A stretch of DNA of 64,000 nucleotides from Bacteroidota bacterium (GCA_042584405.1 JBHOSR010000001.1:12363-76362), one strand, 5' to 3'; positions 37,733-47,748 are shown, numbered from the stretch's first letter. Notes: generated from the sequence alone by a model not told the origin. Numbers and translations are program-made.

Positions 37733-38545
37733 TTGAGTAATTTAGTTCAACGCACTATAACAGGAATTATATTTTTAGTAATTGTTATTGGAGCAATAGT
37801 TATTGGGCAATTAGGTTTTTTCATATTGTTTGAGTTAATAATTATTGGAGCTATGTATGAATTCTATACATTAGTAGAAAAGAAAAGATTTAATCCTCAG
37901 AAAATTTACGGAATAGTAATTGGTGCAATTGTTTTTGCCACTAATTATTTTTTTATAAATAATTTTATTGGACCAGAAATATTTTTTGCAATAATACCAA
38001 TCATAATAAGTGTTTTTATTATTGAACTGTATCGAAAATCGGAATATGCTTTTGTTGATATTGGGTTCACATTGTTAGGTGTGTTATATATAGCTATACC
38101 ATTTTCCTTGGCAAACTATATTGTATTCTCAGACGATGTAAAATATAGTTCTCATTTACTCCTTGGATTCTTACTACTAACATGGTCATTTGACACTTTG
38201 GCTTACGTTTTTGGTGTTTCATTAGGAAAGCATAGGTTATTTGAAAGAATTTCTCCTAAAAAATCATGGGAAGGTTTTATTGGCGGAGCAATTTCCAGTA
38301 TTGGTATAGCATACCTAATTTCAATGTTTTATACAGAATTAAGTTTTCTTCATTGGGCAATATTATCAGTTATTATATCTGTATTCGGAACATATGGCGA
38401 TTTAGTAGAATCATCATTTAAAAGAAATATTGACGAAAAAGATTCTGGCAGTTTATTGCCAGGACATGGTGGTGTTTTAGATCGTTTCGATGCAGTATTT
38501 TTTACCTTGCCACTATTTTATTTATATTTACAATTCGTACAGTAA
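37733..38545 (+). CDS. cdsA: Phosphatidate cytidylyltransferase
   Basis: 270 aa polytopic protein. C-terminal signature SSFKRNIDEKDSGSLLPGHGGVLDRFD. TTG start. Confidence 0.88.
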   Translation: MSNLVQRTITGIIFLVIVIGAIVIGQLGFFILFELIIIGAMYEFYTLVEKKRFNPQKIYGIVIGAIVFATNYFFINNFIGPEIFFAIIPIIISVFIIELYRKSEYAFVDIGFTLLGVLYIAIPFSLANYIVFSDDVKYSSHLLLGFLLLTWSFDTLAYVFGVSLGKHRLFERISPKKSWEGFIGGAISSIGIAYLISMFYTELSFLHWAILSVIISVFGTYGDLVESSFKRNIDEKDSGSLLPGHGGVLDRFDAVFFTLPLFYLYLQFVQ

Positions 38546-38565
38546 ATATTTTATTTTCATAAACC

Positions 38566-39222
38566 ATGACATTACATAAAGAAGGCCGAGCTATAGTTGC
38601 TTTGTTTTTTATCGTACTTGCAGCAATAAATGGATTAGTATATTTTTTTATTACAAGCTTTCCTGTAGTAACTTGGATCCTTGGAGTTACATCATTTTTA
38701 TTTTTTTTATTTATCATTCGATTTTTCCGCAAACCTACAAGAATAATAAATATCGATGAAGACATAGTCTATGCTCCTGCTGATGGCACAGTACTGGTCA
38801 TTGAAGAAACCGAAGAAACTGAGTATTTCAAAGATAAAAGAATACAGGTTTCAATATTTATGTCAGTATGGAATGTACATATAAATTGGTTTCCGATAAG
38901 TGGTACTATTAAATATTTTAAATATCATCCCGGGAAATTTCTAATAGCGAGAGTCCCAAAATCTTCAACAGAAAATGAACGTACAACAGTTGTTTTAGAA
39001 GATAAGAATAAACGCCAGATTTTAATAAGACAGATAGCAGGTATCGTTGCGCGACGTATTATTTGTTATGCAAAAGAGGGCAATGAAGTAACCCAAAATT
39101 CAGAAATGGGTTTTATACGATTTGGATCAAGAGTAGATGTCATTTTACCACCTAATGCTGAATTAAAGGTTGAATTAGGACAAAAAACTACAGGATCACA
39201 ATCAGTTATAGCTAAACTATAA
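38566..39222 (+). CDS. psd: Phosphatidylserine decarboxylase proenzyme (short form)
   Basis: 218 aa. Self-cleavage site context FIRFGSRVDV (G-S). Confidence 0.85.
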   Translation: MTLHKEGRAIVALFFIVLAAINGLVYFFITSFPVVTWILGVTSFLFFLFIIRFFRKPTRIINIDEDIVYAPADGTVLVIEETEETEYFKDKRIQVSIFMSVWNVHINWFPISGTIKYFKYHPGKFLIARVPKSSTENERTTVVLEDKNKRQILIRQIAGIVARRIICYAKEGNEVTQNSEMGFIRFGSRVDVILPPNAELKVELGQKTTGSQSVIAKL

Positions 39223-39269
39223 TTTTGCAAGGTATCTTTTTACTATCCTTTTGTTTTTTAGATTAATAT

Positions 39270-40190
39270 CTACATAAAGAATATAGCTACCCCACCAATT
39301 GCTATAATAGATCCAATAACTTCTTTTAAGGTAATTCTTTCTTTAAAAAATATTAATGCTGGAGGAATTATTAATACTGGTACTATTGCCATTATTGTAG
39401 ATGCAACGCCTGTGGTGGTGTGCTTTACGGAAAGCAGCGAAAATGAAACTCCTAAAAATGGACCAAAAAATGCTCCAATACTTAATCGTGTCATTGCTTT
39501 ACGATTTTTCATAGCTTCAATAACTTTTTTCCATCTTTTCATAAAAACAAAAAGCATTGCAAAGCCAATAAAGCCAGTAATTACTCGAATCTGAGTAGCC
39601 GCGAAAGGATCAAAATCCTGCATGCCAAATTTACTTAGTACAAGCCCGGCCCCTTGTCCGACAGCACCTCCAAAAGCCAGCAGAATGCCAATTATAGGAT
39701 AGGATAGTTTAATCTTATTATTACCTTTAATTTCCGAATTTTTATCTTTAGGTTTTCTGTCTAATACAACTAACATAATTCCCAAAATAGTTAAAACCAT
39801 TCCAAACAGATTTTGAGCTGTTAAAACTTCTCCAAGAATAATCCATCCAAAAAATGCTGTTATTGGAGGTGTTAATGACATTATTAGCATTGATATACGT
39901 GAACCAATGACAACGTATGCCTCAAAAAGCAATAGGTCTCCAATAACGAATCCAACAAAACCTGAAAGAGATAACCACATCCAACTATGAGCTGATGCAT
40001 CGAATGGAATAAAAGAGCCTCTTGTGATTTTACTGTAAATACCAATAAATATAAAGGCCATAAAAAGCCTTATTAGGTTTGTAGATAAAGAACCGACTTT
40101 TTTACCAGCCGATTCAAATGCAATGGCTGTAATTGTCCAGAATACTGCTGTTAGTAATGCAGCATATTCGCCTATATGCGATTGAAACAT
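39270..40190 (-). CDS. EamA/DMT superfamily transporter
   Basis: 306 aa, 10 TM helices in two EamA-like repeats. Confidence 0.75.
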   Translation of the reverse strand: MFQSHIGEYAALLTAVFWTITAIAFESAGKKVGSLSTNLIRLFMAFIFIGIYSKITRGSFIPFDASAHSWMWLSLSGFVGFVIGDLLLFEAYVVIGSRISMLIMSLTPPITAFFGWIILGEVLTAQNLFGMVLTILGIMLVVLDRKPKDKNSEIKGNNKIKLSYPIIGILLAFGGAVGQGAGLVLSKFGMQDFDPFAATQIRVITGFIGFAMLFVFMKRWKKVIEAMKNRKAMTRLSIGAFFGPFLGVSFSLLSVKHTTTGVASTIMAIVPVLIIPPALIFFKERITLKEVIGSIIAIGGVAIFFM

Positions 40191-40317
40191 GTTTTAAATA
40201 TTCTTAGTCAGGTTATTTTTGAGTAAAATTTTATTATCGCCGAAAAAAACTTATTTTAGTTCAGTTTTTATAATGCAAACAATGCATTAGATTCTATTTA
40301 CCGAATAAAGTTTAATC

Positions 40318-41421
40318 ATGAACAGGAATTTGCACTATTTCCTTATTACTTTAGGTGTTATTTTCATTGGATTTATACTATGGTATTTTAAGTCTATTGT
40401 AGCATATATTCTAATTTCTTCTGTGTTTACTTTGATTGGTCGACCTTTAGTAGGATTCTTAAGCAAATTACATTATAAAAACATAAAAATCCCAAATGCA
40501 ATTTCTGCATTATTAACGGTTTTTGTTATCTGGGTTTTAATTTTAGTATTTTTTAGAGTGTTTATACCACTTGTTGCCAATCAAGCAAGCGAAATATCAA
40601 CTATTGATGCTGAGGTGGTTATGGATAATTTACAAGAACCAATTCAGAAAATTGAAGCTTTTTTGGTTAAGTATAATCTAAATTCAAATGCAGACCAATC
40701 AATGGATCAGTACTTAACTGAGAAATTTATGTCTTTATTAAACATTACTATGGTATCAAATTTATTTGGTTCATTAGCCGGAATATTGGGAAACATATTT
40801 ATAGCCGCATTTTCTATATCATTCATTACTTTTTTCTTTTTAAAAGATAGAGGTTTATTAAGCGATGGTATACTACTATTTGTTCCTGATAAGTTTGTTG
40901 AAAAAACCGAACATATTCTTCAATCAATAAAAAAGTTATTAACACGATATTTTATTGGAATTATAGTACAAATTAGTGGAATTATTACATTGGTATCCAT
41001 TGGATTAATAATTGTTGGGATTGATTTTTCTGATGCATTAGTAATTGGCCTGGTTGTTGGGCTTTTTAATATTATTCCTTATTTAGGACCGGTTATAGGA
41101 GCAATTCTAGGGCTGGTGCTTGGCTTGGCTACAAATCTTGATTTACCATTTTATTCTGAATTATTACCACTATTAGGTTTTATGTCAATTGTTTTTGTTA
41201 TTGTTCAGGTTATTGATAATGTTGTCTTTCAGCCATTTATATATTCAAGCAGTGTTAATGCCCATCCACTTGAGATTTTTTTAGTTATAATGTGCGCAGG
41301 TAGTTTATTTGGAATAACAGGAATGATATTGGCTATACCGACTTATACAATTTTAAGAGTTATTGCTAAAGAATTTTTTAATAATTTGAAGGTCGTTAAA
41401 AAATTAACTGAGAAAATTTGA
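40318..41421 (+). CDS. AI-2E (PerM/YdiK) family transporter
   Basis: 367 aa. Motifs NIIPYLGPVIGAILG and HPLEIFLVIM are typical of the AI-2E family. Confidence 0.75.
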   Translation: MNRNLHYFLITLGVIFIGFILWYFKSIVAYILISSVFTLIGRPLVGFLSKLHYKNIKIPNAISALLTVFVIWVLILVFFRVFIPLVANQASEISTIDAEVVMDNLQEPIQKIEAFLVKYNLNSNADQSMDQYLTEKFMSLLNITMVSNLFGSLAGILGNIFIAAFSISFITFFFLKDRGLLSDGILLFVPDKFVEKTEHILQSIKKLLTRYFIGIIVQISGIITLVSIGLIIVGIDFSDALVIGLVVGLFNIIPYLGPVIGAILGLVLGLATNLDLPFYSELLPLLGFMSIVFVIVQVIDNVVFQPFIYSSSVNAHPLEIFLVIMCAGSLFGITGMILAIPTYTILRVIAKEFFNNLKVVKKLTEKI

Positions 41422-41468
41422 GATAATAAAGGGGTATTTTATATATTTACGTGACTAAATGTTAATTA

Positions 41469-42116
41469 ATGAATAGACTTAAAGCAGTTATTTTACTTTC
41501 CGCAATATTCCTAGCACAAAATCTATTTGCACAGGTAGATACGATAACATTTCGATTTTTACCAGACATAGCAAATACCTTTAAGTTAAGATGTCAAGCT
41601 CAAAAGGTTAACTTCAGTGGAACCGATACTATTTTAATGCCTTTTGAATTATCAGATACTGTTAATGGAGCATATACTTTTGATTGGGGTGGGACTATTG
41701 AACCTCAAAGTACTGATGATATACCTTTAGCAAGTTATGAATTTACAAGTCCTGGAATTAATGTTTTTAGCATATCGATATATGAAGATGCTACCGGTAA
41801 AACATATACAGACAGTAAAACTTTTGAAATAAGAGATATAATAAGAGTTCCGAATGTTTTTACACCCAATGATGACGGTATTAATGACCTTTTTATTGTT
41901 AGAGCTAATGGTATTGATGTTCTTGAAATTTCAATTTATAGTAGAACTGGGACCATAGTGTATTCAGAAAGAGCTCCAATTATTGTTTGGAACGGAAGAA
42001 ATTCTTCTGGTTCAGTTTTAAGCGCTGGAATTTATTATTATGTTCTTAAGTCAGAAAAAGCTGGTGTTCCTGCTCAAAATGGGTTCTTTTATATCTTTGA
42101 TCCAGCTAAAAAATAA
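41469..42116 (+). CDS. Secreted protein with T9SS type-B (gliding-motility-associated, CHU_C) C-terminal sorting domain
   Basis: 215 aa with a signal peptide. VPNVFTPNDDGINDLF...WNGRNSSG...GIYYY is the type-B CTD signature. Confidence 0.75.
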   Translation: MNRLKAVILLSAIFLAQNLFAQVDTITFRFLPDIANTFKLRCQAQKVNFSGTDTILMPFELSDTVNGAYTFDWGGTIEPQSTDDIPLASYEFTSPGINVFSISIYEDATGKTYTDSKTFEIRDIIRVPNVFTPNDDGINDLFIVRANGIDVLEISIYSRTGTIVYSERAPIIVWNGRNSSGSVLSAGIYYYVLKSEKAGVPAQNGFFYIFDPAKK

Positions 42117-42247
42117 TTATTACTTTAAAAGGTAATTTAAAGTAACACTGCGCAACAAATTGCACCTCTTTGGTTTTATGTGTTTTTTTATTTAGAAATG
42201 AGCATTTCAAAGGAATATATACCATATTACCTTTTTCTTATTTTTCA

Positions 42248-42255
42248 TATCTTTG
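42248..42255 (+). promoter_or_regulatory. Bacteroidota-type -7 promoter box (TAnnTTTG) for the cyd operon
   Basis: TATCTTTG, 19 nt upstream of the ATG at 42274. It overlaps the TTG start proposed by the ORF track, which argues for the ATG. Confidence 0.5.
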
Positions 42256-42273
42256 AGTGACAAGAATAAGCAT

Positions 42274-42510
42274 ATGAAAAGGGAAAATATCTTCAAAAGA
42301 ATATTTCTGTTTTATTATAACGGATTCAAAAATATGACTGTTGGTAAACGGTTATGGGCTATTATCATTATAAAATTATTCATCATGTTTGCAATTCTTA
42401 AATTGTTCTTTTTTAGAAATTTTTTAAACGAAAAGTTTGATAATGATAATGATAAATCAGAATATGTAATAGAACAACTAACAACTCCAAAATACTTAAA
42501 TGATGATTGA
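42274..42510 (+). CDS. Small membrane protein of the cyd operon (DUF4492-like)
   Basis: 78 aa from the ATG, with one TM helix (LWAIIIIKLFIMFAILKLFFF). Overlaps the cydA start by 11 nt. Confidence 0.6.
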   Translation: MKRENIFKRIFLFYYNGFKNMTVGKRLWAIIIIKLFIMFAILKLFFFRNFLNEKFDNDNDKSEYVIEQLTTPKYLNDD

Positions 42511-44068
42511 ACATATTGATTCAGCACTGGTCGATTGGTCGAGAGCCCAGTTTGCATTAACGGCAATGTATCATTGGCTATTTGTCCCTTTAACGTTAGG
42601 GATAACATTTATCATAGCCTTTATGGAAACATTGTATGTAAAAACAGGTGATCCTGAATGGAAAAAAATCACCAAATTCTGGATGACACTATTTGGAATA
42701 AACTTTGCCATCGGTGTTGCAACCGGAATAATTCTCGAATTTGAATTTGGTACCAACTGGTCTAATTATTCGTGGTTTGTTGGTGATATTTTTGGCGCAC
42801 CATTAGCTATTGAAGGAATTATGGCATTTTTTATGGAGTCGACATTTATAGCGATTATGTTTTTTGGCTGGAACAAGGTTAGTAAGAAATTTCATTTACT
42901 CTCAACCTGGCTTGTAGCAATAGGTTCTAATTTATCGGCACTGTGGATTTTAGTTGCAAATGGATGGATGCAATCACCTGTAGGGATGCATTTTAATCTC
43001 GATACAGCTCGAAATGAAATGCTAAACTTCTGGGAAGTGTTATTCTCACCAGTTGCAATTAACAAATTCTTACATACGATAACTTCTGCATATGTATTAG
43101 CTTCAATTTTTGTAATTGGAGTTAGTGCTTGGTTTTTATTAAAAGGTAGAGAACAATTAATGGCTAAGCGAAGCATAATTATTGCTTCGATCTTCGGTTT
43201 ATTAAGTAGTTTCTTTCTTGTTTATACTGGAGATGGATCAGCTTACCAAGTTACTCAAACACAACCAATGAAATTAGCTGCAATGGAAGGGCTGTATGAA
43301 GGAACTGAAGGAGCAGGACTTATTCTGATAGGGATGCCAACTCCAGGTAAAGAAATTAATGACAACAAAGACGATTATATTTTTAAGTTTGAAATTCCTA
43401 AACTGTTATCATTTTTAGGCTATGGCGATACTGAAGCTTTTGTCCCAGGCATAAAGGATATTGTTGAAGGAGGATATGAGTACACTGATAAGAATGGTGA
43501 AACACAAATTTCGTTATCAGCAGAAGAAAAAATTGAAAAGGGAAAGCTAGCAATTGCAGCACTTACTGTTTATAAGGAAGCCAAAGAATCGAACGATATA
43601 TCTAGGAAGGAAGAATCACTTAAAATATTTAGAGAAAACTTCAAATATTTTGGTTATGGATTTTTGAATGATCCTAAGAGTATCATACCTAATGTTCCAT
43701 TGACTTTTTATAGTTTTCATATAATGGTAGGATTAGGATTTTATTTTATTATACTATTTGTTGCCGTTATCATTTTATTATTTCAAGATAAACTGGTAGA
43801 GAAAAAATGGCTTCTACGATTAACGATTTTTACAATTCCTTTAGCCTATATTGCATCTCTGTCGGGTTGGATTGTTGCAGAAGTTGGCCGTCAGCCATGG
43901 ACAATACAAGATCTGTTACCTACAGTAGCTTCAGTTTCACAGATTGATGCCAGTGCTGTACAAATAACCTTTTGGTTATTCTTAGTAATTTTTACTGCAT
44001 TGCTTATTGCAGAACTGAAAATTATGATAAAGCAAATTAAAATAGGACCTAAAGAAGGAGGGCATTAA
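42500..44068 (+). CDS. cydA: Cytochrome bd ubiquinol oxidase subunit I
   Basis: 522 aa. Motifs WSRAQFALTAMYHWLFVPLTLG, GWIVAEVGRQPW and a Q-loop region. Confidence 0.95.
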   Translation: MMIEHIDSALVDWSRAQFALTAMYHWLFVPLTLGITFIIAFMETLYVKTGDPEWKKITKFWMTLFGINFAIGVATGIILEFEFGTNWSNYSWFVGDIFGAPLAIEGIMAFFMESTFIAIMFFGWNKVSKKFHLLSTWLVAIGSNLSALWILVANGWMQSPVGMHFNLDTARNEMLNFWEVLFSPVAINKFLHTITSAYVLASIFVIGVSAWFLLKGREQLMAKRSIIIASIFGLLSSFFLVYTGDGSAYQVTQTQPMKLAAMEGLYEGTEGAGLILIGMPTPGKEINDNKDDYIFKFEIPKLLSFLGYGDTEAFVPGIKDIVEGGYEYTDKNGETQISLSAEEKIEKGKLAIAALTVYKEAKESNDISRKEESLKIFRENFKYFGYGFLNDPKSIIPNVPLTFYSFHIMVGLGFYFIILFVAVIILLFQDKLVEKKWLLRLTIFTIPLAYIASLSGWIVAEVGRQPWTIQDLLPTVASVSQIDASAVQITFWLFLVIFTALLIAELKIMIKQIKIGPKEGGH

Positions 44069-44069
44069 A

Positions 44070-45200
44070 ATGTTTGAAAGTTTATCGCATTTAGTACTGC
44101 AGCAATATTGGTGGATAATTATTTCGCTTTTAGGAGCAATCCTTGTATTTCTTCTTTTTGTTCAAGGAGGACAGACACTAATTTATTCTTTGGGTAAAAC
44201 AGATATGGAACGTCGACTTTTAGTAAATTCCTTAGGTCGTAAATGGGAATTTACGTTCACAACACTAGTTACGTTTGGAGGAGCATTTTTTGCTTCATTT
44301 CCTTTATTTTATTCAACTAGTTTTAGTGGGGCATATTGGGTTTGGATGTTAATTCTTTTTGCATTTATTATACAGGCTGTTTCTTATGAATTTAGATCGA
44401 AACCAGATAATTTTCTGGGAGCTAAAACCTATGAAGTGTTTTTATTTATTAATGGAGCTTTAGGAACAATTTTACTTGGTACGGCCGTAGCTACTTTTTT
44501 TACAGGTTCTGAATTCTCAGTTAATGAAATGAATTTTTCGAAGTGGGAAGGTGCTGCAAGAGGTTTAGAACTAGCTTTAAATCCACACAATCTGTCATTA
44601 GGATTAGCTGTATTTTTTTTAGCCAGAGTACTTGGTATTCTTTATTTTATGAATAATGTAAATGAAGTAAATATTTTAAGAAGATCTAAAATACAGTTAG
44701 TTTATAATGCAATTCCTTTTGTAATATTCTTCTTAGTATTTGTAATCTGGCTTATGTTTATTGATGGTTTTGCTTATGATTCAGTAAGTAAAAAGGTTTC
44801 ATACGAATCATATAAGTATTTACATAACTTACTGCAAATACCATTAATACTTATAATATTCTTATTAGGTGTTGTTTTAGTATTATTTGGAATTGGAAAG
44901 TCGATTTTAAAAACAAGTACAAATGGAATTTGGTTTTCTGGGGCTGGAACTATATTGACTGTTTTAGCATTGTTTCTAATCGCAGGATTTAATAATACAG
45001 CATTCTATCCATCAACATTTGATTTACAGAGCTCTTTAACAATTGAAAATGCATCATCGAGTAAATATACTTTAACAGCGATGAGTTATGTTTCGTTATT
45101 GGTTCCATTTGTTGCAGCTTATATTTGGTATGCATGGAAAGCAATAAATAATAAAAAAATTGATGCAGAAGAAATGAACGAAGACATTCACATTTATTAA
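44070..45200 (+). CDS. cydB: Cytochrome bd ubiquinol oxidase subunit II
   Basis: 376 aa polytopic protein. Starts 1 nt after the cydA stop. Confidence 0.92.
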   Translation: MFESLSHLVLQQYWWIIISLLGAILVFLLFVQGGQTLIYSLGKTDMERRLLVNSLGRKWEFTFTTLVTFGGAFFASFPLFYSTSFSGAYWVWMLILFAFIIQAVSYEFRSKPDNFLGAKTYEVFLFINGALGTILLGTAVATFFTGSEFSVNEMNFSKWEGAARGLELALNPHNLSLGLAVFFLARVLGILYFMNNVNEVNILRRSKIQLVYNAIPFVIFFLVFVIWLMFIDGFAYDSVSKKVSYESYKYLHNLLQIPLILIIFLLGVVLVLFGIGKSILKTSTNGIWFSGAGTILTVLALFLIAGFNNTAFYPSTFDLQSSLTIENASSSKYTLTAMSYVSLLVPFVAAYIWYAWKAINNKKIDAEEMNEDIHIY

Positions 45201-45212
45201 AAGTTATTTATA

Positions 45213-45314
45213 ATGTATATAACAGAAATAATTTGGTTATTAATTTGGCCCATTCTTATATGGGTAAGTTATAAACTTGCTGCATTTGCAATAAAGAAGT
45301 ACGAAGAAAATTAA
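45213..45314 (+). CDS. Candidate small (33 aa) single-TM accessory subunit of cytochrome bd oxidase (CydX/CydS-like position)
   Basis: Not in the ORF track. The ATG lies 12 nt after the cydB stop. My translation: MYITEIIWLLIWPILIWVSYKLAAFAIKKYEEN, a Trp-rich hydrophobic helix with a charged tail. Confidence 0.5.
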   Translation: MYITEIIWLLIWPILIWVSYKLAAFAIKKYEEN

Positions 45315-45414
45315 AATTGTACTTAACATTTAAGGACCTAAAACGAAAATCTAAACTATATATGGTAGATATTTATATTTTTAAAATATCTATATTTATT
45401 ACCTATTTTAAGGA

Positions 45415-46524
45415 ATGGCAAAGCTCAAAAGCATATCAACAATAAGTAAATGGTTTGATGGATTAAAGGAACCATTGATAATTGCAGGTCCTTGCAGTGC
45501 GGAGTCTGAAGCTCAGATAATGCAAACTGCCAAAGAAATTGCAGCATTAAAGAAGGTGAAGGTTTTTCGTTCGGGAATTTGGAAACCACGTACTCGTCCG
45601 GGAAATTTTGAAGGTGTGGGAGAAGATGGTTTACGATGGTTACAACAAGTTAAAACGGAAACAGGGCTATTAACGGCTATAGAAGTTGCAAACGCAGAGC
45701 ATGCTGATTTAGCCATTAAATATGATATTGATATACTTTGGATTGGTGCAAGAACAACTTCTAATCCATTTTCAGTTCAAGAACTTGCTGATCATTTAAA
45801 AGGGTACAATAAGCCTGTCTTGGTTAAAAATCCGATTAATCCTGATGTTAACCTTTGGGTTGGAGCATTAGAACGTTTTCATAAAGCCGGAATAAATAAG
45901 CTAGCAGCAGTTCATAGAGGATTTTATCCTTTTGAAGCGACTTCACTTCGCAACATTCCTAAATGGGAAGTGGCTATTGAATTAAAAAGCATTTGCCATG
46001 ATTTACCAATACTATGTGATCCTAGCCATATTGCAGGTAACAGGGAATATATTCCTGAAATAGCTCAAAAAGCGCTGGACCTGAACATGGATGGTTTAAT
46101 GATAGAAACACATTATAATCCGTCTGTGGCATTGAGCGATATGAATCAACAATTAACTCCATCTCAACTCAAAACTCTCATAAACGATTTAATATATAGA
46201 AGAACAACAACTAAAGATGCCGATTTCACAAGCATGTTGGAAACATTGCGCAGTCAGATCGATTCAATAGATCAACAAATGCTTGAGCTCCTTTCTCAAC
46301 GAATGAATGTTGTTGAAGAAATTGGAAAATATAAAAGCAAAAATGATGTTACAATTTTGCAATTGAGACGTTGGGAGAAAATAGTATCAACAAGATTAAA
46401 GTTAGGTAAGAGTTTAGGATTAACTGAGGATTTTATAAAAAAATTACTCCAACTCGTTCATAAGGAATCAATCCAAAGACAAACTGAAGTAATGAGCAAA
46501 CTTGGTTCTTCAACAAAAAAATAA
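45415..46524 (+). CDS. Bifunctional 3-deoxy-7-phosphoheptulonate (DAHP) synthase / chorismate mutase type II
   Basis: 369 aa. KDO8P/DAHP-synthase Ib-type N-terminal part (IAGPCSAES, CDPSH). C-terminal chorismate mutase helices (LRSQIDSIDQQMLELLSQRMNVVEEIGKYK). Confidence 0.85.
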   Translation: MAKLKSISTISKWFDGLKEPLIIAGPCSAESEAQIMQTAKEIAALKKVKVFRSGIWKPRTRPGNFEGVGEDGLRWLQQVKTETGLLTAIEVANAEHADLAIKYDIDILWIGARTTSNPFSVQELADHLKGYNKPVLVKNPINPDVNLWVGALERFHKAGINKLAAVHRGFYPFEATSLRNIPKWEVAIELKSICHDLPILCDPSHIAGNREYIPEIAQKALDLNMDGLMIETHYNPSVALSDMNQQLTPSQLKTLINDLIYRRTTTKDADFTSMLETLRSQIDSIDQQMLELLSQRMNVVEEIGKYKSKNDVTILQLRRWEKIVSTRLKLGKSLGLTEDFIKKLLQLVHKESIQRQTEVMSKLGSSTKK

Positions 46525-46731
46525 CAGTAAATATAAAGTACTTAGTATTATCTAATGTAACGAGCGCCTAAGTTCTTATAAATCAAGTTTTTGACTAATG
46601 ACGGTTAGAGTTTAGGATCGGTTCAATGAGATGAAAAAAAGGGTTTTATATTTCAGAAATTGATACTTAAGATCGAATAATCATCAACTTTAAGTATTTT
46701 ATATACTTTAAATTTAAGGCTCTTAATAAAG

Positions 46732-46986
46732 TTATTTTACTTCTTTTAAGGTATAATCAAATCCTTCCATAATAGGATTCGATAATATTTTGTTACAAGC
46801 TTCATTAACTCTTTCCATGGCAATTTCTTTGCTTCCTGCTTCAATTTCTAAGGTAATATGTTTACCTATTCGAACATTTGAAACTTCTGTAAAACCGATA
46901 TTTTTCATGCTATGAGTTACAGCTTTTCCTTGAGGATCTAATAAAGCTTTTAAAGGCATCACGTTAATTTCTGCAATAAATTTCAT
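46732..46986 (-). CDS. purS: Phosphoribosylformylglycinamidine synthase subunit PurS
   Basis: 84 aa. VMPLKALLDPQGKAVTHSMKNIGF is typical of PurS. Confidence 0.88.
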   Translation of the reverse strand: MKFIAEINVMPLKALLDPQGKAVTHSMKNIGFTEVSNVRIGKHITLEIEAGSKEIAMERVNEACNKILSNPIMEGFDYTLKEVK

Positions 46987-46998
46987 GTTATTTTTAAG

Positions 46999-47748
46999 TT
47001 AATCAAAGTTTATAATCCAGTTGTTAATGGCTGATAATAAAATATATAAAATAATAATAAGCGGAATAGCTATTGTATGCAATAATATTAATAATATCGC
47101 AGATAACACAATAAATATATAGCGAATTTTATTACCCTTCAATCCTAAATTTTTGAATTTTAACGAAAACATAGGAAATTCGGCAACAAGTAATAACGAA
47201 AATAAAACGATTAAAATTGATAATGCATAATTGTTATTTAATAATGCAAGCAACAGGTCATTTGTAGTTAAAATACTAACTAAATATAGTGACACAAAAA
47301 ACAAAGCATTAGCCGGTACAGCTAAACCAATAAAGCTGTCTGACTGTCTTTCATCAACATTGAATTTTGCTAATCTCACACCTGATAAAATTGCAATAAA
47401 AAAAGGAATCAAGAGAAATATGATTTCAATGAAACCTAAATTTTCAATTGGTGGTAAATGCACAGTTTTAAATAAGGAAATTTTCATCATATGAAAAATA
47501 ATGACTGAAGGAGCGACTCCGAAACTTACTACGTCAGCTAGTGAATCAAGTTCCTTTCCTACAACTGAATAAGCATTTAATAATCGTGCAGTCATACCAT
47601 CCATAAAATCAAAGAAAGCAGCAAGGAAAATCATGTAAACCGCAAAAAGAATATATCCTTCAAAAGTCAACGCAATTGAAATGCATCCGGATAATAAGTT
47701 TAATGAGGTTATGGTATTGGGAATGTGTTTTTTTATTGTAATTGGCAT
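46999..47748 (-). CDS. pssA: CDP-diacylglycerol--serine O-phosphatidyltransferase
   Basis: 249 aa. CDP-alcohol phosphatidyltransferase motif DFMDGMTARLLNAYSVVGKELDSLADVV. Confidence 0.85.
   Translation of the reverse strand: MPITIKKHIPNTITSLNLLSGCISIALTFEGYILFAVYMIFLAAFFDFMDGMTARLLNAYSVVGKELDSLADVVSFGVAPSVIIFHMMKISLFKTVHLPPIENLGFIEIIFLLIPFFIAILSGVRLAKFNVDERQSDSFIGLAVPANALFFVSLYLVSILTTNDLLLALLNNNYALSILIVLFSLLLVAEFPMFSLKFKNLGLKGNKIRYIFIVLSAILLILLHTIAIPLIIILYILLSAINNWIINFD

Noticed and set aside
42120-42145. AT-only hairpins: TTACTTTAAA-AGGTAA-TTTAAAGTAA after the T9SS-CTD gene, and TAGATATTT-N9-AAATATCTA at about 45369-45395 upstream of the DAHP synthase gene.
   Set aside because: They are pure A/T stems with no following U-tract, so they would be thermodynamically weak. 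Such palindromes are frequent in AT-rich spacers.
42150-42165. Imperfect palindrome GCGCAA-N4-TTGCAC about 85 nt upstream of the cyd promoter box. It has the geometry of an FNR/CRP-type site.
   Set aside because: The arms are only 6 bp with one mismatch, and there is no resemblance to the TTGAT-N4-ATCAA consensus. It cannot be distinguished from chance without orthologous alignments.
46525-46731. The 207-nt convergent spacer between DAHP synthase and purS, and the 258-nt birA/rsfS spacer (34953-35210), both examined for ncRNA or riboswitch structure.
   Set aside because: I could not recognise any conserved riboswitch, tmRNA, RNase P, SRP or 6S core, and saw no strong stems. A covariance-model scan would be needed to say more.
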